Shown here one piece after another: positions 10,474 to 19,829 of a stretch of 64,000 nucleotides of DNA. Every line of letters begins with the position of its first letter. Position 1 is the first letter of the stretch. The notes beneath the pieces are model-generated. The model was given only the letters and a program-made list of their open reading frames with translations, was not told the origin of the DNA and ran no database searches. The translations under genes and the position numbers were made by a program. The stretch is from an uncultured bacterium (GTDB lineage Bacteria; Krumholzibacteriota; Krumholzibacteriia; JACNKJ01): contig CAYFNT010000010.1 in assembly GCA_964344565.1 (NCBI GenBank), positions 22,641 through 86,640 of the forward strand, read 5' to 3'.

Positions 10474-12867
10474 ATGCCCTCCGCGGATTCTCCATCCATT
10501 ATACCCGGTCCCGGCGCCAAGCCGGGCCTGTGCATCCATTGCGGCAATCCCCTCGAGAGCTCCCATCGCGATGAGGACGGGCCCTTCTGCTGCGCCGGTT
10601 GCCGAACCGTGTACCACCTGATCCAGGGCGAGGGCCTCGATCGCTACTACGACCTCAAGCCCGACGTCGTCCCCCCCGCCAGCAAGCTCCGGCCCGACAG
10701 CTACGCCTGGCTGGACTCGGTGCTCGACGGTCCCGAGGCGGAGGCGGGGCCCATCAGTCTGGACATCCAGGGCGTGCACTGCGCCGCCTGCGTCTGGCTC
10801 ATCGAGGAGCTTCACGAGCGGGAAAGCGACGGCGGCAGCCTGCGCATCAACCCCAGCCTGGGCAAGGTCGACCTCTCCTGGCGCGGGGATCGCGAGAAGC
10901 TCAAACAGTGGCTTGCTCTGGTGGAGAAGTTCGGCTACCGCTTCGGTCCCAGCCGCAAGCGCGCGGCCGGCGCGTCCCGCGAGTTGCTGGTGCGCATGGG
11001 CGTGAGCATCGCCATCGCCATGAACGTGATGATCTTCTCGGCCAGCTACTATTTCGGTCTCAGTGCCGACGACGGGCTTGTCTATCGCTTCTTCGGCTGG
11101 GTGAACTTCGCCCTCTCCACCCTCTCGGTGCTGGTGGGCGGCACGGTTTTCATGCGCGCGGCCTGGCAGGGTCTGAGGCGACGGGTGGCCCACCTGGATC
11201 TTCCCATCTCCCTGGGCATCGTGCTGGCCTACGCAGGCTCGTCCCTGGCCTACTTCCTGCGCGGTCCCGAAGCCGCCTATTTCGACACCCTCACCATCTT
11301 CGTGGCGCTCATGCTCGTGGGCCGCTGGACCCAGGAGCGTATCCTCGAACGCAATCGCAATGCCCTGCTCGAGGCCGACGGCGTGGAGAATCTCTTCACG
11401 CGCCGCTATCGGGACGGGCGCCTGGAATCGGCCCCGGCCACGGACCTTCGTACCGGCGACGAACTCTGGATCGCGCCCGGCGATCTGCTGCCGGTGGAGG
11501 CCGTACTCATGAAGCGCCCCGCCGAGCTGGCTCTCGACTGGATCACCGGCGAGAGCGAGACGCGCAGCTATCAACCGGGAGACCGTCTTTCCGCCGGCGC
11601 CTTCAACGCCGGCCGCGCCGGATTCCGCGCGGCGGCGAACCAGAACTTCGCCGAGAGCCGGCTGGGTGACCTGCTTCGTAGCCCTGCCGGAAGCGAATCC
11701 GCTTCGATGGAAGGCGGGAAGTGGTGGCATCGCGTAAGCACCGTATATGTGGCGGCGGTCCTCGTTCTGGCCTCGGGCGCCTTCCTCGGCTGGATGACGA
11801 GAGATCTCGCCAAGGCTCTCGAGGTCACCGTGGCCGTGCTGGTGGTCACCTGCCCCTGCGCTCTGGGACTTGCAACGCCCTTGGCCCACGAGATGGTCCA
11901 GGCCGCGCTGCGCAGACGGGGCGTGCTCGTCCGCCGGGGCGGCTTCTTCGACCGGGCGCTGTCGGTACGGAAGATCCTCTTCGACAAGACGGGCACTCTT
12001 ACCGCCGGGCAGCTCGCCCTCCGCGACGAATCCCGTGCCGAACTCGAGAAGCTCGACGAGAATGAGCGCGAGGTGTTGCGGAACATGGCAAGCCGCAGTC
12101 AACATCCCGCGAGCCGGGCCCTCGCCGTGGAACTGGGAGATGGCGTCCTCGACGCTGCCAGCGAGGAAGTGATCGAATACCCGGGCATGGGCCTCGAATG
12201 GACACGCGGCGGCGCAACCTGGCGCCTGGGTCGGGCCTCCTTCGCCTGCGGCGAGTCGGCCGAGGAACTCACCTGCCTGGGCCGCAACGGCGAGACTCTG
12301 GCTCGATTCGCTTTTCAGGAGGCGGTGCGGCCCGGCGCCGCCGACGAAATCGCCGGCCTCGCCGCTCTCGGCTATGAACTCCACCTGCTCAGCGGTGACA
12401 GTCCCGAAAAGGTGGCCGCCGCCGCCCCACGCCTGGGCATCGATATGAAAAACGCTCAGGGCGGGCTGAGCCCGGAATCCAAGGCCGAGAGAGTCGCCGA
12501 ACTCGACGCCGCCGACACGCTCATGGTGGGCGACGGTCTCAACGACGCTCCCAGCTTCGAGGCCGCGCTCTGTTCGGCCACCCCCGCCGTGGATCATGCG
12601 GCACTGCCGGCCAAGGCCGATTTCTACTACCTCGGCGACGGCATCGCGGCACTTCGACGCGCCTTGCTCGCCGCGCATCGGCTTCGCGGAATGATAAAGC
12701 TTAACCTGATCTTCGCCTCGGTCTACAATCTCGGCGCCGTCATCCTGAGTATCCTGGGCTACGTCAGTCCCGTCGTGGCGGCCATTCTCATGCCGATCAG
12801 CTCGGTGCTGATCGTGAGCTTCACCGCCTGGCGCCTCTCGGGAAGGAGGCTGCGGTGGATATCGTAA
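10474..12867 (+). CDS. ccoI: heavy-metal (copper) P1B-type ATPase of the cbb3 assembly type
   Basis: CPCALGLATP, DKTGTLT and GDGLNDAP motifs. N-terminal Cys-rich CIHCGNPL...CCAGC domain. Overlaps ccoS and precedes ccoNO. ATG 10474 preferred; GTG 10468 is possible. Confidence 0.9.
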   Translation: MPSADSPSIIPGPGAKPGLCIHCGNPLESSHRDEDGPFCCAGCRTVYHLIQGEGLDRYYDLKPDVVPPASKLRPDSYAWLDSVLDGPEAEAGPISLDIQGVHCAACVWLIEELHERESDGGSLRINPSLGKVDLSWRGDREKLKQWLALVEKFGYRFGPSRKRAAGASRELLVRMGVSIAIAMNVMIFSASYYFGLSADDGLVYRFFGWVNFALSTLSVLVGGTVFMRAAWQGLRRRVAHLDLPISLGIVLAYAGSSLAYFLRGPEAAYFDTLTIFVALMLVGRWTQERILERNRNALLEADGVENLFTRRYRDGRLESAPATDLRTGDELWIAPGDLLPVEAVLMKRPAELALDWITGESETRSYQPGDRLSAGAFNAGRAGFRAAANQNFAESRLGDLLRSPAGSESASMEGGKWWHRVSTVYVAAVLVLASGAFLGWMTRDLAKALEVTVAVLVVTCPCALGLATPLAHEMVQAALRRRGVLVRRGGFFDRALSVRKILFDKTGTLTAGQLALRDESRAELEKLDENEREVLRNMASRSQHPASRALAVELGDGVLDAASEEVIEYPGMGLEWTRGGATWRLGRASFACGESAEELTCLGRNGETLARFAFQEAVRPGAADEIAGLAALGYELHLLSGDSPEKVAAAAPRLGIDMKNAQGGLSPESKAERVAELDAADTLMVGDGLNDAPSFEAALCSATPAVDHAALPAKADFYYLGDGIAALRRALLAAHRLRGMIKLNLIFASVYNLGAVILSILGYVSPVVAAILMPISSVLIVSFTAWRLSGRRLRWIS

Positions 12868-13046
12868 TCGTCCTGGTGTTTATCAGTCTGGTCCTGGTGG
12901 TTGGCGGACTCATCTTCCTTTTCCGCACGCTCAAGGAGGGGGACTCCGAGCACGCCGATCGCCTGAGCCTTTTGCCCTTGGCCAATGATGAGAAGACCAG
13001 GGCAATAAATCTCAATTCTCAATCCAAGCCCAAGGAGAACTCATGA
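12855..13046 (+). CDS. ccoS: cbb3 oxidase maturation protein CcoS/FixS
   Basis: 63 aa with a single TM (IVIVLVFISLVLVVGGLIFLF) followed by an acidic tail. GGAAGGAGG SD before GTG 12855. Overlaps the ccoI stop and the ccoNO start. Confidence 0.8.
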   Translation: MDIVIVLVFISLVLVVGGLIFLFRTLKEGDSEHADRLSLLPLANDEKTRAINLNSQSKPKENS

Positions 13047-15397
13047 GCGCCTCCGTTCAGACCAAGCATGTGGTCTATGACGATGGCATCGTGCGGGCTT
13101 TCACCCTGGCGTCGATCATATTCGGCGTCGTGGGCATGCTCGTCGGAGTCATCGTCGCGGCCCAGCTTTCCTTCTGGCAGGCAAATTTCGGGATAAGTTG
13201 GCTCAGTTTCGGCCGACTGCGCCCCCTGCATACCAACGCGGCGATCTTCGCCTTCGTCGGTAACGCGCTATACGCGGGGATCTACTACTCGATGCAGCGC
13301 CTGCTCAAGACCCGGCTCGCCAGCGACTTCCTCAGCTGGGTGCACTTCTGGGGATGGCAGGCCATCATCGCGGCCGCCGCGATTTCCTATCCCCTGGGTC
13401 TGACCCAAGGAAAGGAGTACGCGGAACTCATCTGGCCGATCGACCTCGCGGTCGTGGTGGTCTGGGTGGTCTTCGCGATCAACTTCTTCTGGACCATCGG
13501 CAAGCGCAACGAGAAGAACCTCTACGTGGCGATCTGGTTCTACATATCGACCATCGTCACCATCGCGGTGCTCTACATCGTGAACAACCTGGCCCTGCCC
13601 ACCAGCTTCCTGCACAGCTACCCGGTATTCGCGGGCGTGCAGGACGCGCTCGTGCAATGGTGGTACGGACACAACGCGGTGGGATTCTTCCTGACCACCC
13701 CCGTGCTGGGCCTCATGTACTACTTCATGCCCAAGGCGGCGGAGCGCCCCGTCTACTCGTACCGACTGTCCATCGTCCACTTCTGGGCGCTGGTCTTCGT
13801 CTACATCTGGGCCGGCCCCCATCACCTGCTCTACACGGCCTTGCCCGACTGGGCCCAGACCCTGGGCATGCTCTTCAGCGTGATGCTCTGGGCGCCTTCC
13901 TGGGGCGGCATGCTCAACGGCCTGCTGACACTGCGCGGAGCCTGGGACAAGCTGCGCACGGACCCGGTCATCAAATTCTTCGTGGTGGCCATCACCTTCT
14001 ATGGCATGTCCACCTTCGAGGGACCGCTGCTCTCCGTGAAGAGCGTCAGCGCCCTCGGACACTACACCGACTGGATCATCGGCCACGTGCACGGCGGAAC
14101 CCTCGGCTGGAACGGCTTCCTCGTGGCGGGCATGTTCTACTGGCTGGTGCCGAGGCTCTGGGACACCAAGCTCTACAGCAAGGGGCTCGCCGAAGCGCAT
14201 TTCTGGATCGGCACCCTCGGCATGCTGCTCTACGTGGTGGCCATGTGGGTCGGCGGCGTCAGCAACGGACTCTTCTGGCGCGCTCTCGGACCCGACGGCT
14301 TCCTGCAGTATCCCGACTTCATCGAAGGCCTTCGCGCCCTCCGCTTCCTCTTCCTCATGAGGCTCGTGGGCGGAACGCTCTACCTGGTTGGCTTCATCAT
14401 CATGCTGGTCAACGTCTTCATGACCGTGGCCCGCGGCAAGGCCGTGAACGTCGAGACCGAAGTCACGACCTACGAGAAGACCCCCGGACCCAACACCTGG
14501 AAGCTCCTCGCCGGCGCCCCGATGGTCTACTCGGCCATCGTGATCGTTCTGTCGATCCTGCTCGGCGTTTCCGGAGTGATCACCAGCGCTGCGGTGCTCG
14601 CGGCCGGCGCGGTGGTCGTGGTGGCGGCCATTCTCGGCATCGGCATCACTCGACAGAATCAGGGAACCACCTGGCACCGATTCCTCGAAGGGAAGCCTCT
14701 GGCCTTCACCATCATCGCCCTGGTGGCGATCCTCATCGGAGGACTGGTGGAGATCGTGCCCATGGTGATCATCCGCAACGAGGTGCCCATGGTGGCCAAT
14801 GCGGATGGCGAGTTGGTGGAAAGCCCCTTCACGCAGCAGACCTACAGCCCGCTCGAACTCGCGGGACGCGACATCTACATCCGCGAGGGCTGCTACACCT
14901 GCCACAGCCAGCAGATCAGGCCTTTCCGCCACGAGACACTGCGCTACGGCGAGTACTCGAGGGCGGAGGAGTTCCGCTACGATCACCCCTTCCAGTGGGG
15001 ATCCAAGCGCATCGGACCGGATCTGCACCGGGTCGGCGGCAAGTACGCCAACCTCTGGCACTACCTGCACATGATGGATCCGCGACAGACCTCGCCCGAT
15101 TCCAACATGCCCGACTACGCGTTCCTGATGAATCGTCAGGTGAGCACTGACATGATGATGGGACGCATGGAGGTGCAGGCGAAGCTCGGAGTGCCCTACA
15201 GCGACGAGGACATCAAGTCGGCCGGCGCGAACATCCTGAGCCAGGGTCAGTTGATCGCCGACGACCTCATGCAGCAGGGCGTGCCCATCGATCCTCAGAG
15301 CGAGATGGTGGCGATCATCGCCTACCTGCAGCGCCTTGGACGCGGTCCGCAGCCCCTCACGGCTGAGGAATCCGTGGCGACGGCGGAGGTGAACTGA
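13043..15397 (+). CDS. ccoNO: cbb3-type cytochrome c oxidase, fused subunits I and II (CcoN-CcoO)
   Basis: The first ~480 aa are typical 12-TM CcoN. An extra TM linker follows, then a CcoO-like domain with haem c site CYTCHSQQIRPF and YDHPFQWGSKRIGPDL. Confidence 0.92.
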   Translation: MSASVQTKHVVYDDGIVRAFTLASIIFGVVGMLVGVIVAAQLSFWQANFGISWLSFGRLRPLHTNAAIFAFVGNALYAGIYYSMQRLLKTRLASDFLSWVHFWGWQAIIAAAAISYPLGLTQGKEYAELIWPIDLAVVVVWVVFAINFFWTIGKRNEKNLYVAIWFYISTIVTIAVLYIVNNLALPTSFLHSYPVFAGVQDALVQWWYGHNAVGFFLTTPVLGLMYYFMPKAAERPVYSYRLSIVHFWALVFVYIWAGPHHLLYTALPDWAQTLGMLFSVMLWAPSWGGMLNGLLTLRGAWDKLRTDPVIKFFVVAITFYGMSTFEGPLLSVKSVSALGHYTDWIIGHVHGGTLGWNGFLVAGMFYWLVPRLWDTKLYSKGLAEAHFWIGTLGMLLYVVAMWVGGVSNGLFWRALGPDGFLQYPDFIEGLRALRFLFLMRLVGGTLYLVGFIIMLVNVFMTVARGKAVNVETEVTTYEKTPGPNTWKLLAGAPMVYSAIVIVLSILLGVSGVITSAAVLAAGAVVVVAAILGIGITRQNQGTTWHRFLEGKPLAFTIIALVAILIGGLVEIVPMVIIRNEVPMVANADGELVESPFTQQTYSPLELAGRDIYIREGCYTCHSQQIRPFRHETLRYGEYSRAEEFRYDHPFQWGSKRIGPDLHRVGGKYANLWHYLHMMDPRQTSPDSNMPDYAFLMNRQVSTDMMMGRMEVQAKLGVPYSDEDIKSAGANILSQGQLIADDLMQQGVPIDPQSEMVAIIAYLQRLGRGPQPLTAEESVATAEVN

Positions 15398-15591
15398 TGC
15401 ATCAGGAAGAGTTTTTCGCCTCGCGCATCGACTTGATGCTTGGACCGCAAATCGCATTTGCGCTGTTCCTGCTGGTGTTCCTCGGCATCCTGGTCTGGGT
15501 CATTTTCGGACTCAAGGATAAGAAGGAACTCCACCGCATCGCTTCACTTCCGCTCGAAGACGATACCAAGGGAGGTACCAGTGATGAGTGA
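15397..15591 (+). CDS. ccoQ: CcoQ/FixQ-like small subunit
   Basis: 64 aa with a single TM (IAFALFLLVFLGILVWVIF). Start overlaps the ccoNO stop (TGATG); end overlaps the ccoP start. Confidence 0.6.
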   Translation: MHQEEFFASRIDLMLGPQIAFALFLLVFLGILVWVIFGLKDKKELHRIASLPLEDDTKGGTSDE

Positions 15592-16144
15592 GTACAAACA
15601 CGATGTCGTCTTCGATCACGAATATGACGGCATCCAGGAATTCGACAATCGATTGCCGAACTGGTGGCTTTTCATTCTCTACGCCACGGTGATCTTCTCT
15701 CTGGGCTATTGGCTCTTCCTGCATACCTACGGCATCGGAGACCTTCAGCTCGAAAAGTACGATAAGGAGATGGCGGCGGCTCAGGAACTGATGCTCGCGC
15801 AGGCTTCGGCCGGCGGCATCACCGACGAGTCGCTGACCCTGGCCGCGAGTCTTCCCGACATGGTCGCCGAGGGCAAAGCGCTGTTCACCACATATTGCGT
15901 CGTTTGCCACTCCGCCCAGGGCGAAGGCCTTGTGGGACCCAACCTGACCGATGCATATTGGGTCCACGGCGGCAAGCCCACCGACATCCACAGGATCATC
16001 ACGGATGGCGTGCCCGCGAAGGGAATGGCCGCCTGGGGCAGCCAGCTCGGCCCCACGCGCGTGGAGAAGCTGTCGGTCTACGTCGTCAGCATCATGAACA
16101 CGAACGTACCGGGCAAGGCGCCCGAGGGGGAACTGGTGGAGTGA
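15584..16144 (+). CDS. ccoP: cbb3 oxidase subunit III (CcoP), single-haem form
   Basis: FixP N-terminal block HEYDGIQEFDNRLPNWW plus one TM. Only one CxxCH (CVVCH) in 186 aa. AAGGGAGG SD before ATG 15584. Confidence 0.85.
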   Translation: MSEYKHDVVFDHEYDGIQEFDNRLPNWWLFILYATVIFSLGYWLFLHTYGIGDLQLEKYDKEMAAAQELMLAQASAGGITDESLTLAASLPDMVAEGKALFTTYCVVCHSAQGEGLVGPNLTDAYWVHGGKPTDIHRIITDGVPAKGMAAWGSQLGPTRVEKLSVYVVSIMNTNVPGKAPEGELVE

Positions 16145-16182
16145 CGCGGGGATGACGCCCGAAGCAGGAAGCAGGATCCATC

Positions 16183-17571
16183 GTGAGTGAGAAGAAAAAG
16201 CGGCTGCGCCGCCCGGATCTGGAAACCGTCTACACGATCAACGAAGACGGTTCGCGAAACTTCCTCCACCCCGCCGACGTCGAGGGACGCTGGCAGGTGA
16301 GGAAGAACATCATCTTCGCGATCCTCGTCGTGGTCTACGTTGGCCTTCCTTGGCTCCAGATCGGCGGACACCCGGCCGTGCACGTGGACATCCCGGGAAG
16401 GCAGGCGCATCTCTTCGGCCTCGCCTTCAGCAACCAGGATTTCTACCTGCTCTTCTTTCCGCTCGTGGGAATCGGCTTCTCGCTTTTCGTTCTGACCGCG
16501 CTCTGGGGACGCATCTGGTGCGGATATGCATGTCCCCAGACCGTTTTCATGGAGGGCGTCTTCCGAAAGATCGAGCGGCTCATCGAGGGTCCTAGGGATC
16601 AGCGCATCAGACGCAACCTGGGGCCCTGGACGGGCGGCAAACTCGGACGGAAAACACTGAAGTGGATCATCTTCGTCGCGCTGTCTTCGGGCATCGCGCA
16701 CGTGTTCCTGAGCTACTTCATACCGGCGCGTGAGCTCTACACCGTGATCTGGAAGGGGCCGGGCGAGCACATGGTCGCCTTCGGCTGGACGGTCTTCTGG
16801 ACCGTGATCATGAGCTTCAACCACCTCTGGTTCCGCGAGCAGACCTGCATGATCCTCTGCCCATACGGACGTCTGCAGAGCGCCCTCATCGACGATAACA
16901 CCGTGATCATCGGCTATGACGAGAAGCGCGGCGAACCTCGCGAGAAGGGCGTGGACAAGGGCGGCGACTGCATCGATTGCTACCGATGCGTGGCGGTCTG
17001 TCCGACGGGTATCGACATTCGCGCGGGTCTGCAGATGGAGTGCGTGGGTTGCGCCAACTGCATCGACGCCTGCGACGACATGATGGAGCGCATCGGCAAG
17101 CCCACCGGGCTGGTGCGATACGACTCCCTGAAGGGATTGACCGGACTGAAGCGGAAGTTTCTGCGTCCCAGGGTCTACGGCTACATGGGCTTCGCCCTGA
17201 TCTGGATGATCGGCGGATTCCTTGCCATCGGCCAGCGCACGAACTTCGAGGCCAAGAGCGTGCGTTCCCAGGGATTGCCCTTCCAGCTGGTCGAGGGGAA
17301 CATCCGCAATCTCTACACCCTGCATATCCAGAACAAGACCGACGAGAATCGCGTGTATCTGGTGTCCTTCGCCGGAGCCGAGGGGCCCGAGCCCGAAATG
17401 CTCATCCCGCAGACGCGGCTGTTGCTGTCGCCCTTCGAGGTGGCCAACGTGCCCATCTTCGCGACCCTGGCGCGCGATGAGTATCCCGGCAATTTCCCCA
17501 TGGAGATCGCCGTCACCGACTCGCTCAGCGGCGAGGTCAAGCCCGTCACCTTCCGATTCAGGGGGCCCTGA
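16183..17571 (+). CDS. ccoG: cytochrome c oxidase accessory protein CcoG/FixG (4Fe-4S)
   Basis: CGYACPQTVFMEG, CIDCYRCVAVCPTGIDIR and CVGCANCIDACD motifs, with the typical N-terminus INEDGSRNFLHPADV. Confidence 0.9.
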   Translation: MSEKKKRLRRPDLETVYTINEDGSRNFLHPADVEGRWQVRKNIIFAILVVVYVGLPWLQIGGHPAVHVDIPGRQAHLFGLAFSNQDFYLLFFPLVGIGFSLFVLTALWGRIWCGYACPQTVFMEGVFRKIERLIEGPRDQRIRRNLGPWTGGKLGRKTLKWIIFVALSSGIAHVFLSYFIPARELYTVIWKGPGEHMVAFGWTVFWTVIMSFNHLWFREQTCMILCPYGRLQSALIDDNTVIIGYDEKRGEPREKGVDKGGDCIDCYRCVAVCPTGIDIRAGLQMECVGCANCIDACDDMMERIGKPTGLVRYDSLKGLTGLKRKFLRPRVYGYMGFALIWMIGGFLAIGQRTNFEAKSVRSQGLPFQLVEGNIRNLYTLHIQNKTDENRVYLVSFAGAEGPEPEMLIPQTRLLLSPFEVANVPIFATLARDEYPGNFPMEIAVTDSLSGEVKPVTFRFRGP

Positions 17572-17573
17572 TC

Positions 17574-17696
17574 ATGCGCGAATGGATTCGAGAACGACCC
17601 TGGATCTGGATTGTTCTGCTGCTCACCTTCTTCGTGATCCTCGACATCATCTTCGTTGTGATCGCGGTGAAGAACCACCCGACGGTTCTGAACTGA
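17574..17696 (+). CDS. 40-aa single-TM protein downstream of ccoG (not in ORF track)
   Basis: ATG 17574 lies 3 nt after the ccoG stop. Own translation: MREWIRERPWIWIVLLLTFFVILDIIFVVIAVKNHPTVLN. Followed by the operon terminator. Confidence 0.45.
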   Translation: MREWIRERPWIWIVLLLTFFVILDIIFVVIAVKNHPTVLN

Positions 17697-17719
17697 GAAC
17701 TGAGAACTGAGAACGAAAA

Positions 17720-17748
17720 CCCTCCCCCGGCGCCGGGGGAGGGTTTTT
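17720..17748 (+). terminator. rho-independent terminator of the cco operon
   Basis: CCCTCCCCC-GGCGCC-GGGGGAGGG stem-loop followed by TTTTT. Confidence 0.85.
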
Positions 17749-17758
17749 CTTCGCCCGA

Positions 17759-17780
17759 GGATCGTACACATGTACAGTCT
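17759..17780. repeat. 22-bp palindromic motif, copy 3 (GGATCGTACACATGTACAGTCT)
   Basis: Aligns over 22 nt with the copies at 29391 and 30062 (core GTAC-N4-GTAC). Lies about 40 nt upstream of the metallophosphoesterase ATG. Confidence 0.6.
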
Positions 17781-17818
17781 AGGGGATTTGCGGGATACCA
17801 ATCATCGGGGAAGCAGTC

Positions 17819-18564
17819 ATGAAAATCGGCCTCCTGTCCGACATCCACGCCCATCGCCATGACCAGGCCCAAGAGATCTCGGACCTCCTGCTGCATATCA
17901 ACGCATCCCCCAAACCCGACTATTGGTTCTCGCCGGAGATATCTCGCATCGCACTCAGGAAAACCGAGGATTCCTCGATGGGATCGAACTGGATTGTCCG
18001 CGCTGCTGGGTACCGGGCAATCACGACATCTGGGTGATCGATGCCGAATCGAAGGACGACACGCCCGAGTACCGCTACCGGACGCTCTTCCCTAGATTGT
18101 CCGAGGAATCGGGCTGGTGCTATCTGCCGAACGGACCCTTGATGCTCCGCGGGTTCGATCTTGCACTGGTGGGCAATCTGGACTGGTTCCAGGGAGTGGG
18201 ATATTCCGAATGGTTCGACCACGAGGCCGGCCCGGCCGACGAGAAACTGGCCCGGCGTCTTGCGAAGGATCTGGACGGTCAGCTAGGTCAGCTTCCAAAG
18301 GGCATGCTGGCGGTCGTCGTCACCCACCACCTCGCACACCAAGCATCTCCCGCCATGGATGCCACGCGCGGCGACATCTTCAATTCCTTCATGGAGGAGG
18401 TGATCAACAAGCATCGCCAGCGCGTCATCGGCCATTTCCACGGGCATCGCCACGTGCGATACGCGCCGCGGGAAGTGGACGGCCTGCACTTCGCCGCCAA
18501 TCCTTTCGGCTACCCGCAGCAGCACGATCGGGCGGAAGAGGGCTACCTGCTTTTCGAGTTCTAG
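17819..18564 (+). pseudogene. metallophosphoesterase with an apparent 1-nt frameshift near 17920
   Basis: The frame from ATG 17819 gives MKIGLLSDIHAHRHD...PKPDY (DxH motif). The rest (LVLAGDISH..., WVPGNHD, VVVTHH, GHFHGHRH) continues in the frame of the 17923 ORF, so the two track ORFs 17819..18037 and 17923..18564 are one gene split at GACTATTGGTT. Confidence 0.7.
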
Positions 18565-19829
18565 TCCTCGGCCATCTGCTCCCAGACCACTTCCGCCGCC
18601 AGCCGCATGCCGATGGCGATGGCCTCCTCCGGCGGATCCAGATCGCTGCGGTGCAGGGTCATCCCGGGACGATCCTCGCGGCCGATTCCCAGCCTGAACT
18701 GGATGCCCGGCACTTCCCGACCGAAATAGGCGAAGTCCTCGCCGCCCATGCCGGCCGGATAGATGATCTCGTTCTCCGCGCCGAGCACGCGCCGGAAGAC
18801 CGCGCGGCAGTCTTCCACCAGCTCCGGATCGTTGTAGCCCGCCACCGTGCCGAAGTAGTACTCCAGCACCGGCTCGGGGGCGCCGGCCGCGGCAGCGAGG
18901 CCGTTCACCATGCGCTCGATCTTCTCTGGAAGAGCCTCGCGAGTCTCGTCGTCGAGGCTGCGCACCGTGGCCTCGAGCACCACCTCGTCGGCGATCACGT
19001 TGCTCTTGGTGCCGCCCTCGATGCGTCCCACGGAGATCACGCAGTGATGGTTCACGTCCATCTCGCGGGCGACGATGGATTCGAAGCCCAGGATCATTTT
19101 CGCCGCCAGACTCACCGGGTCCACCGTGCGATGGGGATAGGCTCCATGTCCGCCGCGGCCCTTCACCGTGAGCACGAATCCGTCCACGTTGGCCGTGGCC
19201 GGGCCCGGATGCGAGCCCACCTTGCCCAGGGGAATCGTGGTGTGATCGTGCAGGGCCAGCGCGCATTTGGGTTTGCGACCCTCTTCGAAAATGCCGGCCT
19301 CCAGCAGGGTCAAGGCGCCGGCGCCGATCTCTTCGGCGGGTTCGCCGATGAAGAGCAGGGTGCCCGGCATTTCATCGCGCACTTCCGAGAGCATGCGCGT
19401 CATGCCCAGGGCCACCGCCATGTGAAGGTCGTGGCCGCAGGCGTGCATGACGCCGGTCACCCGGCCGTTGCGAAGCGTGTCCACGCGCTGGCATGCGAAG
19501 TCCAGGCCCGTCTCTTCCGTGATGGGAAGCCCGTCCATATCGGTGCGCCAGGCCACGATGGGGCCGGACTTTCCGCCCTCGAGCATGGCCACCACACCGG
19601 TGGCCCACTCGCCCTCCACGAGCTCCACGCCGGGAATGGCCGCCAGGGATTCGCGCAGCCAGGCCTGGGTCTCGAACTCCTTCATCGACAGCTCGGCGTG
19701 CTCGTGGGCCCAGCGCCGATCGGCGATGGCCTGGGCCTCGTACTTGTCGGTGAGGGCTTCGAAATCGGGACGATCCGCCAGGGCGGTCGTGGCGACGATC
19801 AGGGCGAGCAGCATCAGGACGATTCTCAT
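18561..19829 (-). CDS. secreted M20D-family amidohydrolase/peptidase
   Basis: Signal peptide MRIVLMLLALIVATTALA. MHACGHDLH, GEPAEE and GGEDF motifs of the M20 amidohydrolases. Confidence 0.9.
   Translation of the reverse strand: MRIVLMLLALIVATTALADRPDFEALTDKYEAQAIADRRWAHEHAELSMKEFETQAWLRESLAAIPGVELVEGEWATGVVAMLEGGKSGPIVAWRTDMDGLPITEETGLDFACQRVDTLRNGRVTGVMHACGHDLHMAVALGMTRMLSEVRDEMPGTLLFIGEPAEEIGAGALTLLEAGIFEEGRKPKCALALHDHTTIPLGKVGSHPGPATANVDGFVLTVKGRGGHGAYPHRTVDPVSLAAKMILGFESIVAREMDVNHHCVISVGRIEGGTKSNVIADEVVLEATVRSLDDETREALPEKIERMVNGLAAAAGAPEPVLEYYFGTVAGYNDPELVEDCRAVFRRVLGAENEIIYPAGMGGEDFAYFGREVPGIQFRLGIGREDRPGMTLHRSDLDPPEEAIAIGMRLAAEVVWEQMAED

Noticed and set aside
10402-12678. 758-aa minus-strand ORF opposite ccoI. 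Similar giant antisense ORFs: 13268..15457 opposite ccoNO, 7008..9098, 16078..17325, 18117..19940, 26263..29298, 30115..32604, 34168..35883, 39305..40945, 54033..56354.
   Set aside because: These are typical shadow ORFs of GC-rich DNA. Their translations are Arg/Gly/Ala/His/Pro-rich with no motifs, and third-position GC is lower. The opposite strand in each case encodes a protein with clear family signatures.
17688-17711. Tandem heptamer AACTGAG x3 spanning the stop codon of the 40-aa ORF.
   Set aside because: Too short for a functional array. Most simply a slippage duplication just before the terminator. The first unit supplies the TGA stop.
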